This document shows, in pieces, positions 29,465 to 41,727 of a stretch of 64,000 nucleotides of DNA. Under the pieces are notes generated by a model. It searched no databases, had not been told where the DNA came from, and saw nothing but the letters and a program-made list of their open reading frames with translations. How positions within the stretch are numbered: the first letter of the stretch is position 1; each line of letters begins with the position of its first letter. The stretch lies in the sequence record NZ_OX291475.1; one strand, written 5' to 3'. The translations under genes were made by a program, and so were the position numbers. Source of the stretch: a plasmid.

Positions 29465-29775
29465 TTGCGCAGCAGGCGCTTTTTCAGGGAGGCGCGTTCT
29501 TGCGGGTTGCGTCCCTTGTGATTGGCGATGCGATCCGCCGTGGCGGCCTGGCGCTTGACGGGCCAGTAGGAGCGGCCATCCTTGCCCATCGACCAGACGC
29601 TGCTGGCCTGGTTTTCCAGCAGGGGCAGATGGGCGCTCAGGGCTTCGGGCGACGCGCTGGTCAGCGCCGTGCGCTCACGGGTGCGCCAGCGCTGATGCCA
29701 GAGCTTCTTGTCCTCGCGCTCGCTGCCGCAGGTCGTGTGCCCGACGATGGGTGTTTTGCGGCGGCTGCGGCTCAT
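29449..29775 (-). CDS. hypothetical basic protein (transposon cargo)
   Basis: 108 aa, Arg/Lys-rich. Confidence 0.35.
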   Translation of the reverse strand: MSRSRRKTPIVGHTTCGSEREDKKLWHQRWRTRERTALTSASPEALSAHLPLLENQASSVWSMGKDGRSYWPVKRQAATADRIANHKGRNPQERASLKKRLLRKWMSK

Positions 29776-30029
29776 AACGTAGTGGTCTCCAAGAACATTC
29801 AGGACTGATCCCAGGCGTCGATGGTCAAGACCTGATCGGCAGGACAGGCGGCTACGCGGTCGGGAACTGGATGGTGTTCAGTCTCATGCCGACCCCATTC
29901 GATTGATCGCGTCGCTTGCGGCACGCTGCGACGCAAGGAGGTTTGCGACCTGGTTTAGCAGCCGTGTCCGCTGCATGTCTGTTACCTATCTCCCCGACCG
30001 CTCATTGGACCAACTCCAGAGATTGGGCT

Positions 30030-30386
30030 CTATCGCTCAGCCAATACGAAACCGGCATTGGCTGATGCCACAACCGAGACTAACACAAATGGCTCGGTAC
30101 CTGTATTTCGCGCCCCGTGCACTTGGCCCGGTCTTGCCACGGCTATCTCACCTTCCCTGAGGGCACGAACAATCCCATTGCCCTGAAAGTAATCAGCCAT
30201 TCCCGACAAAACAGTCCACGTGTCTTGGCCGTGAGGATGAATGTGAGCCGCAATTTCCTGCCCGGGATGGACATGCCAAACCACGATAATTGAGTCTCGG
30301 GTTTCAAGCACAACGGAACGAATAGGCTCGCCTTCGGACGGCTGAACATACTCGGCTACAGAAAATATTCTCGATTCAACAGTCAT
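30030..30386 (-). CDS. cupin-domain protein
   Basis: ..HVHPGQEIAAHIHPHGQDTWTVLSG.. double-His cupin motifs; start chosen at MTVESRIF. Confidence 0.55.
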   Translation of the reverse strand: MTVESRIFSVAEYVQPSEGEPIRSVVLETRDSIIVVWHVHPGQEIAAHIHPHGQDTWTVLSGMADYFQGNGIVRALREGEIAVARPGQVHGARNTGTEPFVLVSVVASANAGFVLAER

Positions 30387-30777
30387 CGGAGATCCCTCTT
30401 TCACAGTTGTCGTTACGGTCTTCATCGTCGGCATCCTGACGCACGGCGGGCAATTGCTGGAGCAACGCCGGCAGCCATTCCTGTACCGTCTCCCACACCA
30501 CATCGAGGTTGATGTCGAAATAGCCGTGAGCCATGCGATTACGCATATTGCGCATGCTGCGCCACGGCACGTCGGCATGCGCCTGGGTGAACTCGACGTA
30601 GCCATCCATCACCTTTGTGGCCGCCTCGCCGATGACGATCAGGCTCATGATGACGGCCTGCTGGGTGCGCTTGTCGGCCAAGAAGTCGTCCTTGGCCATC
30701 CCTTCCACGAAGCTGCGCGCATCGGTTGCGGCCTGCTGAATGTGGTCGAGGTAATCGGGCAGGCGGTTCTCGCTCAT
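30376..30777 (-). CDS. hepT: HepT-like HEPN toxin (DUF86) of HepT/MNT toxin-antitoxin pair
   Basis: 133 aa; ..RNMRNRMAHGYFDI.. Rx4HxY motif. Confidence 0.7.
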   Translation of the reverse strand: MSENRLPDYLDHIQQAATDARSFVEGMAKDDFLADKRTQQAVIMSLIVIGEAATKVMDGYVEFTQAHADVPWRSMRNMRNRMAHGYFDINLDVVWETVQEWLPALLQQLPAVRQDADDEDRNDNCERGISDDC

Positions 30778-31070
30778 ATCGGTTGCGCCTCCGCGAGCAC
30801 CTTGGCCCGGAACTTCGGCGGCAGGTCGCCGGGAGTCAGCAGATCGACGTCAACGCCGAGCAGCGATTTCAGTTCTTCTTCCAAATCGCCCAAGTCCAAC
30901 AACGTGGCACCGGGCAGCGCATCGACCAACAGGTCGAGGTCGCTGCCATCCCGGTCGGTGCCATGCAGCACCGAGCCGAAGACGCGCGGGTTCGCGGCGC
31001 GAAAGCGGCCTACCGCTTCACGCACTGCGCTTCGCTTCATGTCAAGCACAACAGACGGTCGCATGCGCAT
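30774..31070 (-). CDS. mnt: MNT-type nucleotidyltransferase antitoxin
   Basis: 98 aa; ..VFGSVLHGTDRDGSDLDLLVD.. GSx(n)DxD motif; overlaps hepT by 4 nt. Confidence 0.7.
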   Translation of the reverse strand: MRMRPSVVLDMKRSAVREAVGRFRAANPRVFGSVLHGTDRDGSDLDLLVDALPGATLLDLGDLEEELKSLLGVDVDLLTPGDLPPKFRAKVLAEAQPI

Positions 31071-31222
31071 CCTTTCTTATCGAAACTCGTTGAGATGATA
31101 TGCAATCAAGAATAGAATTTCAAGAACTATTTTCGAGAATCGCAATGCCTTGATTCCCGTGCCGCGCCGGTTGCCTTGGCGGGCTTGTCACAAACCTACG
31201 TTTTCAAGAAGAAGGAAACCGC

Positions 31223-34189
31223 ATGCCCCGCCGTTCGATCCTCTCCGCCGCCGAGCGCGAAAGCCTGCTGGCGTTGCCGGACACCAAGGATGAGTTGATC
31301 CGTCACTACACGTTCAGCGAAAGCGACCTCTCCATCATCCGGCAGCGGCGCGGCCCGGCCAATCGGCTGGGCTTCGCGGTGCAGCTCTGCTACCTGCGCT
31401 TTCCCGGCGTCATCCTTGGCGCTGATGAGCCACCGTTCCCGCCATTGCTGAGACTGGTCGCCAACCAGCTCAAGGTCGGCATCGAAAGCTGGGACGAGTA
31501 CGGGCAGCGTGAGCAGACCCGACGCGAGCACCTGGTCGAGCTGCAAACGGTGTTCGGCTTCCAGCCGTTCACGATTGGCCACTACCGGCAGGCTGTCCAG
31601 TTGCTGACCGAGCTGGCCATGCAAACCGACAAGGGCATCGTGCTGGCCAGAGCCTTGATCGAGCACCTGCGGCGGCAGTCGGTCATTGTGCCCGCCCTCA
31701 ACGCCGTCGAGCGGGCGAGCGCCGAAGCGATTACCCGCGCCAACCGGCGTCTCTACGACGCCTTGGCTGAGCCGCTGACGGACGTGCATCGCCGTCGCCT
31801 CGACGATCTGCTCAAGCGCCGCGACAACGGCAAGACGACGTGGCTGGCCTGGCTGCGGCAATCCCCGGTCAAACCGAACTCGCGGCACATGCTGGAACAC
31901 ATCGAACGCCTCAAGGCGTGGCAGGCGCTCGACCTGCCCTCCGGCATCGAGCGGCTGGTTCACCAGAACCGGCTGCTCAAGATCGCCCGCGAGGGCGGCC
32001 AGATGACGCCCGCCGACCTGGCGAAGTTCGAGCCGCAGCGGCGTTACGCGACCCTGGTGGCGCTCGCCATCGAGGGCATGGCCACCGTCACCGACGAAAT
32101 CATCGACCTGCATGACCGCATCCTGGGCAAGCTGTTCAATGCCGCCAAGAACAAGCATCAGCAGCAGTTCCAGGCATCCGGCAAGGCGATCAATGCCAAG
32201 GTGCGGCTGTTCGGGCGCATCGGCCAGGCGCTGATCGAGGCCAAGCAAGCGGGCCGCGATCCGTTCGCCGCCATCGAGGCCGTCATGTCCTGGGATGCTT
32301 TCGCCGAGAGCGTCACCGAAGCGCAGCGGCTCGCGCAACCCGAGGACTTCGATTTCCTGCACCGCATCGGCGAGAGCTACGCCACGCTGCGCCGCTACGC
32401 GCCGGAATTTCTCGACGTGCTCAAGTTGCGGGCCGCGCCCGCCGCCAAGGACGTACTCGACGCCATCGAGGTGCTGCGCAGCATGAACAGCGACAACGCC
32501 CGCAAGGTGCCCACCGACGCGCCGACCGAGTTCATCAAGCCGCGCTGGCAGAAGCTGGTGATGACCGACACCGGCATCGACCGGCGCTACTACGAACTGT
32601 GCGCGCTGTCGGAGCTGAAGAACGCGCTGCGCTCCGGCGACATCTGGGTGCAAGGCTCGCGCCAGTTCAAGGACTTCGAGGACTACCTGGTGCCGCCCGC
32701 GAAATTCGCCAGCCTCAAGCAGGCCAGCGAATTGCCGCTGGCCGTGGCCACCGATTGCGACCAGTACCTGCATGACCGGCTGACGCTGCTGGAAACGCAG
32801 CTCGCCACCGTCAACCGCATGGCGCTGGCCAACGAGCTGCCGGACGCCATCATCACGGAGTCGGGCCTGAAGATCACGCCGCTCGATGCGGCGGTGCCCG
32901 ATACCGCACAGGCCCTGATCGACCAGACGGCGATGATCCTACCGCACGTCAAGATCACCGAATTGCTGCTGGAGGTAGACGAATGGACGGGCTTCACCCG
33001 GCACTTCGCCCACCTGAAGTCAGGCGACCTGGCCAAGGACAAAAACCTGTTGCTGACCACGATCCTCGCCGACGCGATCAACCTGGGCCTGACCAAGATG
33101 GCGGAATCGTGCCCCGGCACGACCTACGCCAAGCTGGCCTGGCTGCAAGCCTGGCACATCCGCGACGAAACCTACGGGGCGGCACTGGCCGAGCTGGTCA
33201 ACGCGCAGTTCCGACATCCCTTCGCCGGGCATTGGGGCGACGGCACCACGTCATCGTCGGACGGCCAGAACTTCCGCACCGGCAGCAAGGCCGAGAGCAC
33301 CGGCCACATCAATCCGAAATACGGCAGCAGCCCAGGGCGGACGTTCTACACCCATATCTCCGACCAGTACGCGCCGTTCCACACCAAGGTCGTGAACGTC
33401 GGCGTGCGCGACTCGACCTACGTGCTCGACGGCCTGCTGTATCACGAATCCGACCTGCGGATCGAGGAGCACTACACCGACACGGCAGGGTTCACGGACC
33501 ACGTCTTCGCGTTGATGCACCTGCTGGGCTTCCGCTTCGCCCCGCGCATTCGTGACCTGGGCGACACCAAGCTCTACATCCCGAAGGGCGATGCCACCTA
33601 CGAGGCGTTGAAACCGATGATCGGCGGCACGCTCAACATCAAGCACGTCCGCGCCCATTGGGATGAAATCCTGCGGATGGCCACCTCGATCAAGCAGGGC
33701 ACGGCGACGGCCTCGCTGATGCTCAGGAAGCTTGGCAGCTACCCGCGCCAGAACGGCCTGGCCGTCGCCCTGCGTGAGCTGGGACGCATCGAGCGCACAC
33801 TGTTCATCCTGGACTGGCTGCAAAGCGTCGAGCTGCGCCGCCGCGTGCATGCCGGGCTGAACAAAGGCGAGGCGCGCAACGCGCTGGCCCGCGCCGTGTT
33901 CTTCAACCGCCTGGGGGAAATCCGCGACCGCAGCTTCGAGCAGCAGCGCTACCGGGCCAGCGGCCTCAACCTGGTGACGGCGGCCATCGTGCTATGGAAC
34001 ACGGTCTATCTGGAGCGGGCCGCGAACGCCTTGCGTGGCCACGGTCAAGCCGTCGATGACGGCCTGTTGCAGTACCTGTCGCCGCTCGGCTGGGAGCACA
34101 TCAACCTGACCGGCGATTACCTCTGGCGCAGCAGCGCCAAGATCGGCGCGGGCAAGTTCAGGCCGCTACGGCCGCTGCAACCGGCTTAG
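31223..34189 (+). CDS. tnpA: Tn21-subgroup Tn3-family transposase TnpA (full length, 988 aa)
   Basis: [20 protein letters not shown].. N-terminus; stop codon TAG lies inside the inner IR half as in Tn21. Confidence 0.9.
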   Translation: MPRRSILSAAERESLLALPDTKDELIRHYTFSESDLSIIRQRRGPANRLGFAVQLCYLRFPGVILGADEPPFPPLLRLVANQLKVGIESWDEYGQREQTRREHLVELQTVFGFQPFTIGHYRQAVQLLTELAMQTDKGIVLARALIEHLRRQSVIVPALNAVERASAEAITRANRRLYDALAEPLTDVHRRRLDDLLKRRDNGKTTWLAWLRQSPVKPNSRHMLEHIERLKAWQALDLPSGIERLVHQNRLLKIAREGGQMTPADLAKFEPQRRYATLVALAIEGMATVTDEIIDLHDRILGKLFNAAKNKHQQQFQASGKAINAKVRLFGRIGQALIEAKQAGRDPFAAIEAVMSWDAFAESVTEAQRLAQPEDFDFLHRIGESYATLRRYAPEFLDVLKLRAAPAAKDVLDAIEVLRSMNSDNARKVPTDAPTEFIKPRWQKLVMTDTGIDRRYYELCALSELKNALRSGDIWVQGSRQFKDFEDYLVPPAKFASLKQASELPLAVATDCDQYLHDRLTLLETQLATVNRMALANELPDAIITESGLKITPLDAAVPDTAQALIDQTAMILPHVKITELLLEVDEWTGFTRHFAHLKSGDLAKDKNLLLTTILADAINLGLTKMAESCPGTTYAKLAWLQAWHIRDETYGAALAELVNAQFRHPFAGHWGDGTTSSSDGQNFRTGSKAESTGHINPKYGSSPGRTFYTHISDQYAPFHTKVVNVGVRDSTYVLDGLLYHESDLRIEEHYTDTAGFTDHVFALMHLLGFRFAPRIRDLGDTKLYIPKGDATYEALKPMIGGTLNIKHVRAHWDEILRMATSIKQGTATASLMLRKLGSYPRQNGLAVALRELGRIERTLFILDWLQSVELRRRVHAGLNKGEARNALARAVFFNRLGEIRDRSFEQQRYRASGLNLVTAAIVLWNTVYLERAANALRGHGQAVDDGLLQYLSPLGWEHINLTGDYLWRSSAKIGAGKFRPLRPLQPA

Positions 34190-34201
34190 CGTGCTTTATT
34201 T

Positions 34202-35527
34202 AATGAGATGGTCACTCCCTCCTTCCCGGTACTATGCTGAGGACAGGCTTTCATTCGGAGAACTATCATGGAAAACATTGCGCTCATTGGTATCGATCTG
34301 GGTAAAAACTCTTTCCATATTCATTGCCAGGATCGTCGCGGGAAGGCTGTTTACCGTAAAAAATTTACCCGGCCAAAGTTGATCGAATTTTTGGCGACAT
34401 GCCCCGCTACAACCATCGCAATGGAAGCCTGTGGCGGTTCTCACTTTATGGCACGCAAGTTGGAAGAGTTGGGGCATTCCCCAAAGCTGATATCACCACA
34501 ATTTGTCCGCCCGTTCGTTAAAAGCAATAAAAACGACTTTGTCGACGCCGAAGCTATTTGTGAAGCTGCATCGCGTCCGTCTATGCGTTTTGTGCAGCCC
34601 AGAACGGAATCTCAGCAGGCAATGCGGGCTCTGCATCGTGTCCGTGAATCCCTGGTTCAGGATAAGGTAAAAACAACCAATCAAATGCATGCTTTTCTGC
34701 TGGAATTTGGCATTAGCGTTCCCCGAGGAGCTGCCGTTATTAGCCGACTGAGTACCATTCTTGAGGATAATAGTTTGCCTCTTTACCTCAGCCAGTTATT
34801 GCTGAAATTACAACAGCATTATCACTATCTTGTTGAGCAGATTAAAGATTTGGAATCCCAGTTGAAACGAAAGTTGGACGAAGATGAGGTTGGACAGCGC
34901 TTGCTGAGCATTCCCTGCGTCGGAACACTGACAGCGAGTACTATTTCAACTGAGATTGGCGACGGGAAGCAGTACGCCAGCAGCCGTGACTTTGCGGCGG
35001 CAACAGGGCTTGTACCTCGGCAGTACAGCACGGGAGGTAGGACGACATTGCTGGGAATTAGTAAGCGAGGTAATAAAAAGATCCGAACTTTGTTGGTTCA
35101 ATGTGCCAGGGTATTCATACAAAAACTGGAACACCAGTCTGGCAAATTGGCCGATTGGGTCAGGGATTTACTGTGCCGGAAAAGCAACTTTGTCGTCACT
35201 TGTGCTCTGGCAAACAAGCTGGCCAGAATAGCCTGGGCCCTAACGGCACGACAGCAAACTTATGTAGCATAACGGCAGAAATACACCGGTTTAAAGAATT
35301 ACTGATCTGGTTTTGCGAATACTGATATTGATGATACTAACGGCCCACCGGCCTGTTGAGGAACCTGTAAAACGGAAAGGCTCATTGAAGCCGTATATTT
35401 TCTGGAGGTTCATCAGGCGCGGAACTCATCAAGGCGCGGGAATAAAATCCCATTCAGACGCCGGATAGATTCAAGCAAGCCAACTTGTCGTCAAAATCGG
35501 TGTTGCAAAAACGGGAGTGACCATAGA
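34202..35527 (+). mobile_element. IS4321/IS5075-like element, copy 2, inserted in right IR of inner transposon
   Basis: Exact inverted duplicate of 26695-28020. Confidence 0.75.
34268..35272 (+). CDS. IS110-family (IS1111-subgroup) transposase, second copy
   Basis: Identical to 26950-27954(-). Confidence 0.85.
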   Translation: MENIALIGIDLGKNSFHIHCQDRRGKAVYRKKFTRPKLIEFLATCPATTIAMEACGGSHFMARKLEELGHSPKLISPQFVRPFVKSNKNDFVDAEAICEAASRPSMRFVQPRTESQQAMRALHRVRESLVQDKVKTTNQMHAFLLEFGISVPRGAAVISRLSTILEDNSLPLYLSQLLLKLQQHYHYLVEQIKDLESQLKRKLDEDEVGQRLLSIPCVGTLTASTISTEIGDGKQYASSRDFAAATGLVPRQYSTGGRTTLLGISKRGNKKIRTLLVQCARVFIQKLEHQSGKLADWVRDLLCRKSNFVVTCALANKLARIAWALTARQQTYVA

Positions 35528-35550
35528 TTCCGTTTTCTGAGACGACCCCC

Positions 35551-35990
35551 AGTAGTTCTTCGGCCAGGAGAATACCTTTATCGGTGCGCGTCGCCATCGG
35601 CAGCAGGTGTGTAATACAGTCCTGCTGTATTTTGCCGGTGAACGCTTTTAAGCCAAGATAGCGGTACAGTTCGGTTAAATGTTCGCGTCGCGTGGTTTCC
35701 CTGCCGGAAAGGTAAGCTGGCCAGAGATCCCCGGTAAGTTTTAGCCTGCTGGCGATATGCTTCAGCAGCGCATCAGAGGGAGGGATTTTTTTATCCGGGG
35801 TAAAGCCGACATTTTTCAGATAGCAAAGAAGGACGGCAAAACCAAAACGGCTGGCAGGTTTACGGTGGGCACTGATAAGTGCCAGATCATGTTCACTGAA
35901 ATACGCCATCCGGGTCAGCGTTAACTCTTCGTCCGGTAATGCCAGTAATGATTCTCTTTCCGACAGAGAAAGAATCTGCCTCCTTGCCAT
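35551..35990 (-). pseudogene. tnpA: N-terminal 147 codons of outer-transposon tnpA (separated from rest by inner transposon)
   Basis: [22 protein letters not shown].. ; frame reads into IR of inner transposon after ..AEELLG. Confidence 0.8.
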
Positions 35991-36157
35991 ATAGTTTCCC
36001 TCGTAAATTATCCGATGCGGTATTTTTAACAGAAATGCTTATCGCATAAGGGTACACCCTGACGCCATATTCAAAACGTGACGGCACACGATGAATGACA
36101 TAACCTATATGCGATAGATTAAATGCAATAACTTAAATGCGATAACGTGGTGGAAAA
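35991..36157. promoter_or_regulatory. res (resolution) site / divergent promoter region between tnpA and tnpR of outer transposon
   Basis: Divergent tnpA/tnpR arrangement as in Tn3; repeated AAATGCGATA / AAATGCAATA subsite-like motifs. Confidence 0.45.
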
Positions 36158-36793
36158 ATGTTCATCAGAGCTTATTTAAGGGCATCGACGGAAGATCAGT
36201 TCGCCGATCGGGCAAAAGAGATGCTGGAGCAGTTTGTTCAGGAGCGGGGACATAAAATAGCCAGTTACTACCGGGAGAACATCAGCGGTACAAAACTTGA
36301 CCGCCCGGAACTGGGGCGCTTACTGATGGACAGTCACCGCAATGATATTTTACTGGTCGAGCAGATAGACCGTCTGACCCGTCTGAGCAACAGCGACTGG
36401 ATGACGCTGAAAAAGCAAATCGAGCAACACGAGCTGCGGATTGTCAGCCTCGATGTACCCACCTCATGGCAGGCGCTGTCAGATAAAGATCCTTCGCAGG
36501 CTGACCCAATCACCCGCGCCGTGATAACCGCCATCAATAATATGCTTATCGACCTGATGGCCTCGATGTCGCATAAGGACTGGCTGAGCCGCCGCCATCG
36601 GCAGAAGCAGGGAATTGAACGGGCACATACGCTGGGAAAATACCGGGGCAAACAGGCCGATCAGGAACGACATAAGAAAGTTCTGTATTACCGACAGGTC
36701 AAGAAACTGAGCATAAGAGAAACTGCTGAAGCCACCGGTTACAGCACATCTCAGGTCTGCAGGATTCAGGCCCTGTTCAGGCCTGAAAATTAA
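36158..36793 (+). CDS. tnpR: serine resolvase TnpR of outer transposon
   Basis: 211 aa; MFIRAYLRASTEDQ.. catalytic Ser; C-terminal HTH (..RETAEATGYSTSQVCRI..). Confidence 0.8.
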   Translation: MFIRAYLRASTEDQFADRAKEMLEQFVQERGHKIASYYRENISGTKLDRPELGRLLMDSHRNDILLVEQIDRLTRLSNSDWMTLKKQIEQHELRIVSLDVPTSWQALSDKDPSQADPITRAVITAINNMLIDLMASMSHKDWLSRRHRQKQGIERAHTLGKYRGKQADQERHKKVLYYRQVKKLSIRETAEATGYSTSQVCRIQALFRPEN

Positions 36794-36820
36794 GCACATT
36801 TTCTGAGGCTGGAAATCAAC

Positions 36821-37672
36821 TCATGCTGACAGCCTGAGCCTGTTGGCATGGTAAGCAATGTGCTCACCAATAAAGCTGGAAATGAAATAATAGCTGTGGT
36901 CGTAACCAGTATGATATCGGAATGATGTGTTGATGTTCATCTCGTTGCACACTCTTTCAAGACTTTTAGTGCGTAACTGATCTTCATAAAAGGCGTCACT
37001 TAATCCCTGGTCAATAAAAATTTCTGGTAATTTCGCACCCTGTAAAATGAGACTGACGGGATCGTAGTGCTCCCACGTTTTTTTATTTTCACCCAGGTAC
37101 GCGGTGAATGCCTGTTGTCCCCATGGCACCTGAGAAGGTGACACTATTGGTGAAAATGCCGATACACTCACATATTCATCAGGATTTCGCAGCGACAGAA
37201 CCAGCGCTCCCAGCCCCCCCATGGAGTGACCGGATATTGATTTCCTTGATGTTACAGGTAAATGCTCCATGACAACATCCGGAAGCTCATGGAGAATATA
37301 GTCATACATCCTGTAATGCGTGTTCCACGGATGTTCCGTCGCGTTCAGATAAAATCCGGCACCCTGGCCCAGATCGTAGCTGTCAGCATCTGCGACATGC
37401 TCTCCACGGGGACTGGTATCAGGAACAACGACGATGATGTTGTTCCTGGCGGCATAATGCTGCATACCCGATTTGGTGATGAAATTCTGCTCCGTACAGG
37501 TCAGACCCGAGAGCCAGTACAGGACCGGCAGTTTTTCTGTTGCTGCTTTGGGGGGAAGATAAACACCGAAATTCATCCCACAATTAAGTGTTTGTGAATT
37601 ATGGCGGTATACGTTTTGCCAGCCGCCAGCGCTGGCATGCTGCTCGATGAGTTCCATCAGCCTCTGTCTCAT
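36821..37672 (-). CDS. frmB: S-formylglutathione hydrolase (esterase D)
   Basis: 283 aa; GHSMGG nucleophile elbow; close to E. coli FrmB/YeiG. Confidence 0.85.
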   Translation of the reverse strand: MRQRLMELIEQHASAGGWQNVYRHNSQTLNCGMNFGVYLPPKAATEKLPVLYWLSGLTCTEQNFITKSGMQHYAARNNIIVVVPDTSPRGEHVADADSYDLGQGAGFYLNATEHPWNTHYRMYDYILHELPDVVMEHLPVTSRKSISGHSMGGLGALVLSLRNPDEYVSVSAFSPIVSPSQVPWGQQAFTAYLGENKKTWEHYDPVSLILQGAKLPEIFIDQGLSDAFYEDQLRTKSLERVCNEMNINTSFRYHTGYDHSYYFISSFIGEHIAYHANRLRLSA

Positions 37673-37722
37673 GGTTATTTCCCCTGACAGGGAGTCAGGG
37701 GAAGTCTCTTTATAGCCGGACG

Positions 37723-38121
37723 TCAGATGAACGTATAAGCCGTGATTTTGTTACCCGCAGGGTCTCGCAGGTAGGCTGCATAGGCTCCAGGGAGATGGCT
37801 GCGCGGGCCAGGCTGACCTTCATCTTTCCCTCCGGCGGCAAGGCCCGCGGCGTGGAAAGCATCAACTTCTTCCGGACTTGCAGCTGCAAAGCCGACAGTA
37901 ACGCCGTTGGCCGATGGCGCTTCACCGTTGCCCGGATGTGCAATAATAAAGGCTGGCTTTTCGCGACCATAAAGTACCCAGCCATTGCCAAACGGGCCGA
38001 GGTTATTGATGCCAAGCGTACCGAGGACAGCATCGTAAAAATCAGCGGATTTTTCAACATCGGATGCACCGATGAAGACGTGGGAAAAAACGTCATTACC
38101 AGAAATTACAGGTGTTGCCAT
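37723..38121 (-). CDS. glyoxalase/VOC-family protein
   Basis: 132 aa; VOC-fold pattern (HVFIGASDVEKSADFY..). Confidence 0.6.
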   Translation of the reverse strand: MATPVISGNDVFSHVFIGASDVEKSADFYDAVLGTLGINNLGPFGNGWVLYGREKPAFIIAHPGNGEAPSANGVTVGFAAASPEEVDAFHAAGLAAGGKDEGQPGPRSHLPGAYAAYLRDPAGNKITAYTFI

Positions 38122-38162
38122 GATCCATTTCCTTCAGTTGGTTTGACTCAGTTAAGACGCTA

Positions 38163-39302
<1,140 letters not shown>

Positions 39303-39578
39303 CTATTTAAGATAGGCGCGAACCAGTTCAATCGTATCGTCAACGGATTTACTGATTTCATGGCTGTAGCTGTCATTCTGGTCAAAGGTTTCCCGTATGT
39401 GGCTCTCGAGCACCTCTGCCATAAGACCGTTAGCTGCTCCGCGAACGGCAGCTATCTGCTGAAGAATGGAACGGCATTCAGCACCATTTTCCAGCGCTCT
39501 TTCCAGAGCATCAATCTGACCCCGAATGCGGCGAACACGGGTAAGGACCTTTTTTTTCTCTTCAGGAGTACTGGGCAT
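39303..39578 (-). CDS. frmR: FrmR/RcnR-family formaldehyde-responsive repressor
   Basis: 91 aa; N-terminal Pro2, CsoR-like helix pattern. Confidence 0.75.
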   Translation of the reverse strand: MPSTPEEKKKVLTRVRRIRGQIDALERALENGAECRSILQQIAAVRGAANGLMAEVLESHIRETFDQNDSYSHEISKSVDDTIELVRAYLK

Positions 39579-39604
39579 TATTTACCTCACCATTTTTGAT
39601 TTTA

Positions 39605-39657
39605 TATACTATAGTGGAGTATATAATTATCGTCAATGCATACTCCACTATAGTATA
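39605..39657. promoter_or_regulatory. candidate FrmR operator: 17-bp perfect inverted repeat ATACTATAGTGGAGTAT ... ATACTCCACTATAGTAT
   Basis: Located 27 nt upstream of frmR start in the promoter region. Confidence 0.55.
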
Positions 39658-39844
39658 ACTAAGAATAAACATAACTACCTTTATTTACGATATAAATCAT
39701 ATATTTATATTATTTTTGGCTGTGATACTGTCGGAAGGAAAGTTACTACAAAAATGATATCTACCGATACGGGATTTGGGGCATAGGCGGTTCTGTTAAA
39801 TTTCGCCAGATATTGGCTCATCATTGATGGTCAAAAAATGAGCC

Positions 39845-41247
39845 TAACGAATGGAAGGGACTTCCCCTGATTATGTGCCTGATTAACTCTTGTGCAATCA
39901 TGGGGTAAACACAACCCCGGAGGGATTCGTTATGACCATTACTACTGTCGGTATCGATCTTGCTAAAAATGTGTTCGCTGTTCATTGCGTTGACCAGAAT
40001 GGCAAAACCGTTCTGGTTAAATCCAGAGTAACCCGCGCAGCTCTTCCCGGGCTGATTGCTGGTTTGCCGCCCTGTGTTATCGGGATGGAGGCGTGCTCCG
40101 GGGCTCATTACTGGGCAAGACTGTTTCGGCAGTATGGTCATGAGCCGCGTCTGATGGCCGCTAAATTTGTATCGCCTTACCGCATGGCTGGTAAATCAGG
40201 GAAAAATGATGCAGCTGATGCTCAGGCTATCTGCGAGGCGGTTCGTCGCCCACATATGCGGTTTGTGCCGGTTAAGGATGAGAGCCAGCAGGCAATGCAG
40301 TGTCTGCATCGTACCCGACAGGGTTTTATCGAAGAGAAAACAGCAACATATAATCGTCTCCGGGGGTTGATATCTGAATTCGGCGTTATCGCCCCACAAA
40401 GTACAGATGCCCTGCGCCACATAGTTTTTGAGCAGAAGAATTCTTTACCACTTCAGGTTCAGCAATGTGTTGATGATTTGCTGGAGCACGTTGCTCGCAT
40501 TGAAGATAACATCGCTGAATATGACCGAATTTTGTCCCGCATGGCCAAAACAGATCATCGCAGTCAGCGGCTGATGGAATTGAAGGGCGTTGGCCCCACA
40601 ACGGCCTGTGCGCTGGTCGCCAGTATCGGTAATGCACATGATTTTAAGAATGGGCGCCAGCTGGCAGCCTGGCTGGGACTGACACCATCGCAGTACAGCA
40701 GCGGCGGAAAGTCGAAGCTTGGCAGGATAACGAAAGCTGGCGATTCGTATCTGAGAACACTTCTGGTTCAGGGTGCCCGCTCGGTACTGATCGGGGCGGA
40801 GAAAAGGACTGATTTATTCAGTCGTTGGGTCTGCTCACTGGTCGAACGCAGAGGATACTGGCGCGCTGTTGTTGCCATCGCTGCCAAAAATGCAAGACTG
40901 TGCTGGGCATCATTGCATTACGGTGATGATTTCAGGTTGTACTCAGCCAGCTAAAGTACAAAGCTGTATGACCATCTGTTCTGCAACTCGTTGATGATAA
41001 AGGGTTAGACCCCGTGAGGTATATCTGCTTATTGTACAGGGCAAGTGTACCCGACTAACGAACTAGAGCCTCACGAGCGTCTTTCATCAGGGTCCGAATC
41101 GATGACGATTCATCATGACCGTTTATAGTACCGCAGTCTCTCCCCTTTATTTTTTTACTATAGTGCAGACAGAAACCGTAAACACCGGCGTTGACATGCC
41201 GGGGAAGCCCTTATAGTACAATAATTTTCGATATCCAAACTGACCCC
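39845..41247 (+). mobile_element. IS110-family insertion sequence (copy 2) occupying the other IR of the outer transposon
   Basis: Exact inverted duplicate of 22731-24133; inner flank ..CATTCGTTAG vs ..CATTCGTTAAG on the other side. Confidence 0.6.
39890..40954 (+). CDS. IS110-family transposase, second copy
   Basis: Identical to 23024-24088(-). Confidence 0.85.
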   Translation: MCNHGVNTTPEGFVMTITTVGIDLAKNVFAVHCVDQNGKTVLVKSRVTRAALPGLIAGLPPCVIGMEACSGAHYWARLFRQYGHEPRLMAAKFVSPYRMAGKSGKNDAADAQAICEAVRRPHMRFVPVKDESQQAMQCLHRTRQGFIEEKTATYNRLRGLISEFGVIAPQSTDALRHIVFEQKNSLPLQVQQCVDDLLEHVARIEDNIAEYDRILSRMAKTDHRSQRLMELKGVGPTTACALVASIGNAHDFKNGRQLAAWLGLTPSQYSSGGKSKLGRITKAGDSYLRTLLVQGARSVLIGAEKRTDLFSRWVCSLVERRGYWRAVVAIAAKNARLCWASLHYGDDFRLYSAS

Positions 41248-41580
41248 ATGCTGGCCACGCAAGATACCCGCGACATCGTTGCGGCGGCTGAGAAAGCCCT
41301 CGATGCCATCTGGCGTGACGGTTTTCGCTATCAGAAAGCGGGCATTATGCTGAACGATTTCTGCGACAAGTCAGGCCAGATCGACCTATTCGACGAACAG
41401 CCACCGCGCGCCGGCAGTGAACAGCTGATGAAGGTTATCGATGGCATAAACCAGTCCGGGTTGGGGAAAGTTTGGTTTGCTGGCCAAGGGATCAATAAAG
41501 CCTGGACAATGCGTCGCGAACTGTTATCCCCTTGTTACACAACGCGCCTGCAAGATATACCGGTAGCAAGGTTGGCTTAA
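41248..41580 (+). pseudogene. umuC: umuC 3' fragment (C-terminal 110 codons)
   Basis: MLATQDTRDIVAAAEKALDAIWRDGFRYQKAGIMLNDF..SPCYTTRLQDIPVARLA matches the UmuC C-terminus and is in frame with 21796-22730 across the ATGCT duplication. Confidence 0.85.
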
Positions 41581-41654
41581 AATATGGGATGGTTATGAAC
41601 GACGTTGGTCCGAACGCCAAATGAAAGGATCCATTAGGATCCTCTGCCTCCCTC

Positions 41655-41727
41655 CACCCTGCTAAGACTGGTCTTTTTTCGAAGCTAGACGCACCACATC
41701 AGCTTAGATCGCAACGAGCCGTTGCGA
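41655..41727 (+). repeat. direct repeat A1: ..CCTGCTAAGACTGGTCTTTTTT.. plus perfect palindrome TCGCAACGAGCCGTTGCGA
   Basis: Second copy at 44170-44242 (palindrome TCGCAACGTGCCGTTGCGA at 44224-44242); the two copies bracket the Rep_3 replicon module. Confidence 0.5.

Larger units (their letters stand above)
26673..35549. mobile_element. Tn21-subgroup Tn3-family transposon (inner element) with IS4321/IS5075-like IS in both IRs
   Basis: Ends GGGGTCGTCTCAGAAAACGGAA ... AAATAAAGCACGCTAAG (Tn21-type 38-bp IR split by IS); flanked by 5-bp duplication CAGTA (26668-26672, 35550-35554). Confidence 0.8.

Noticed and set aside
31196-32773. 525-aa ORF on the minus strand inside the Tn21-type tnpA gene
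   Set aside because: It lies antisense within a well-supported 988-aa transposase gene in high-GC DNA, where long spurious antisense ORFs are common. The protein is Gly/Arg/Leu/Val-rich with low complexity and no motifs.
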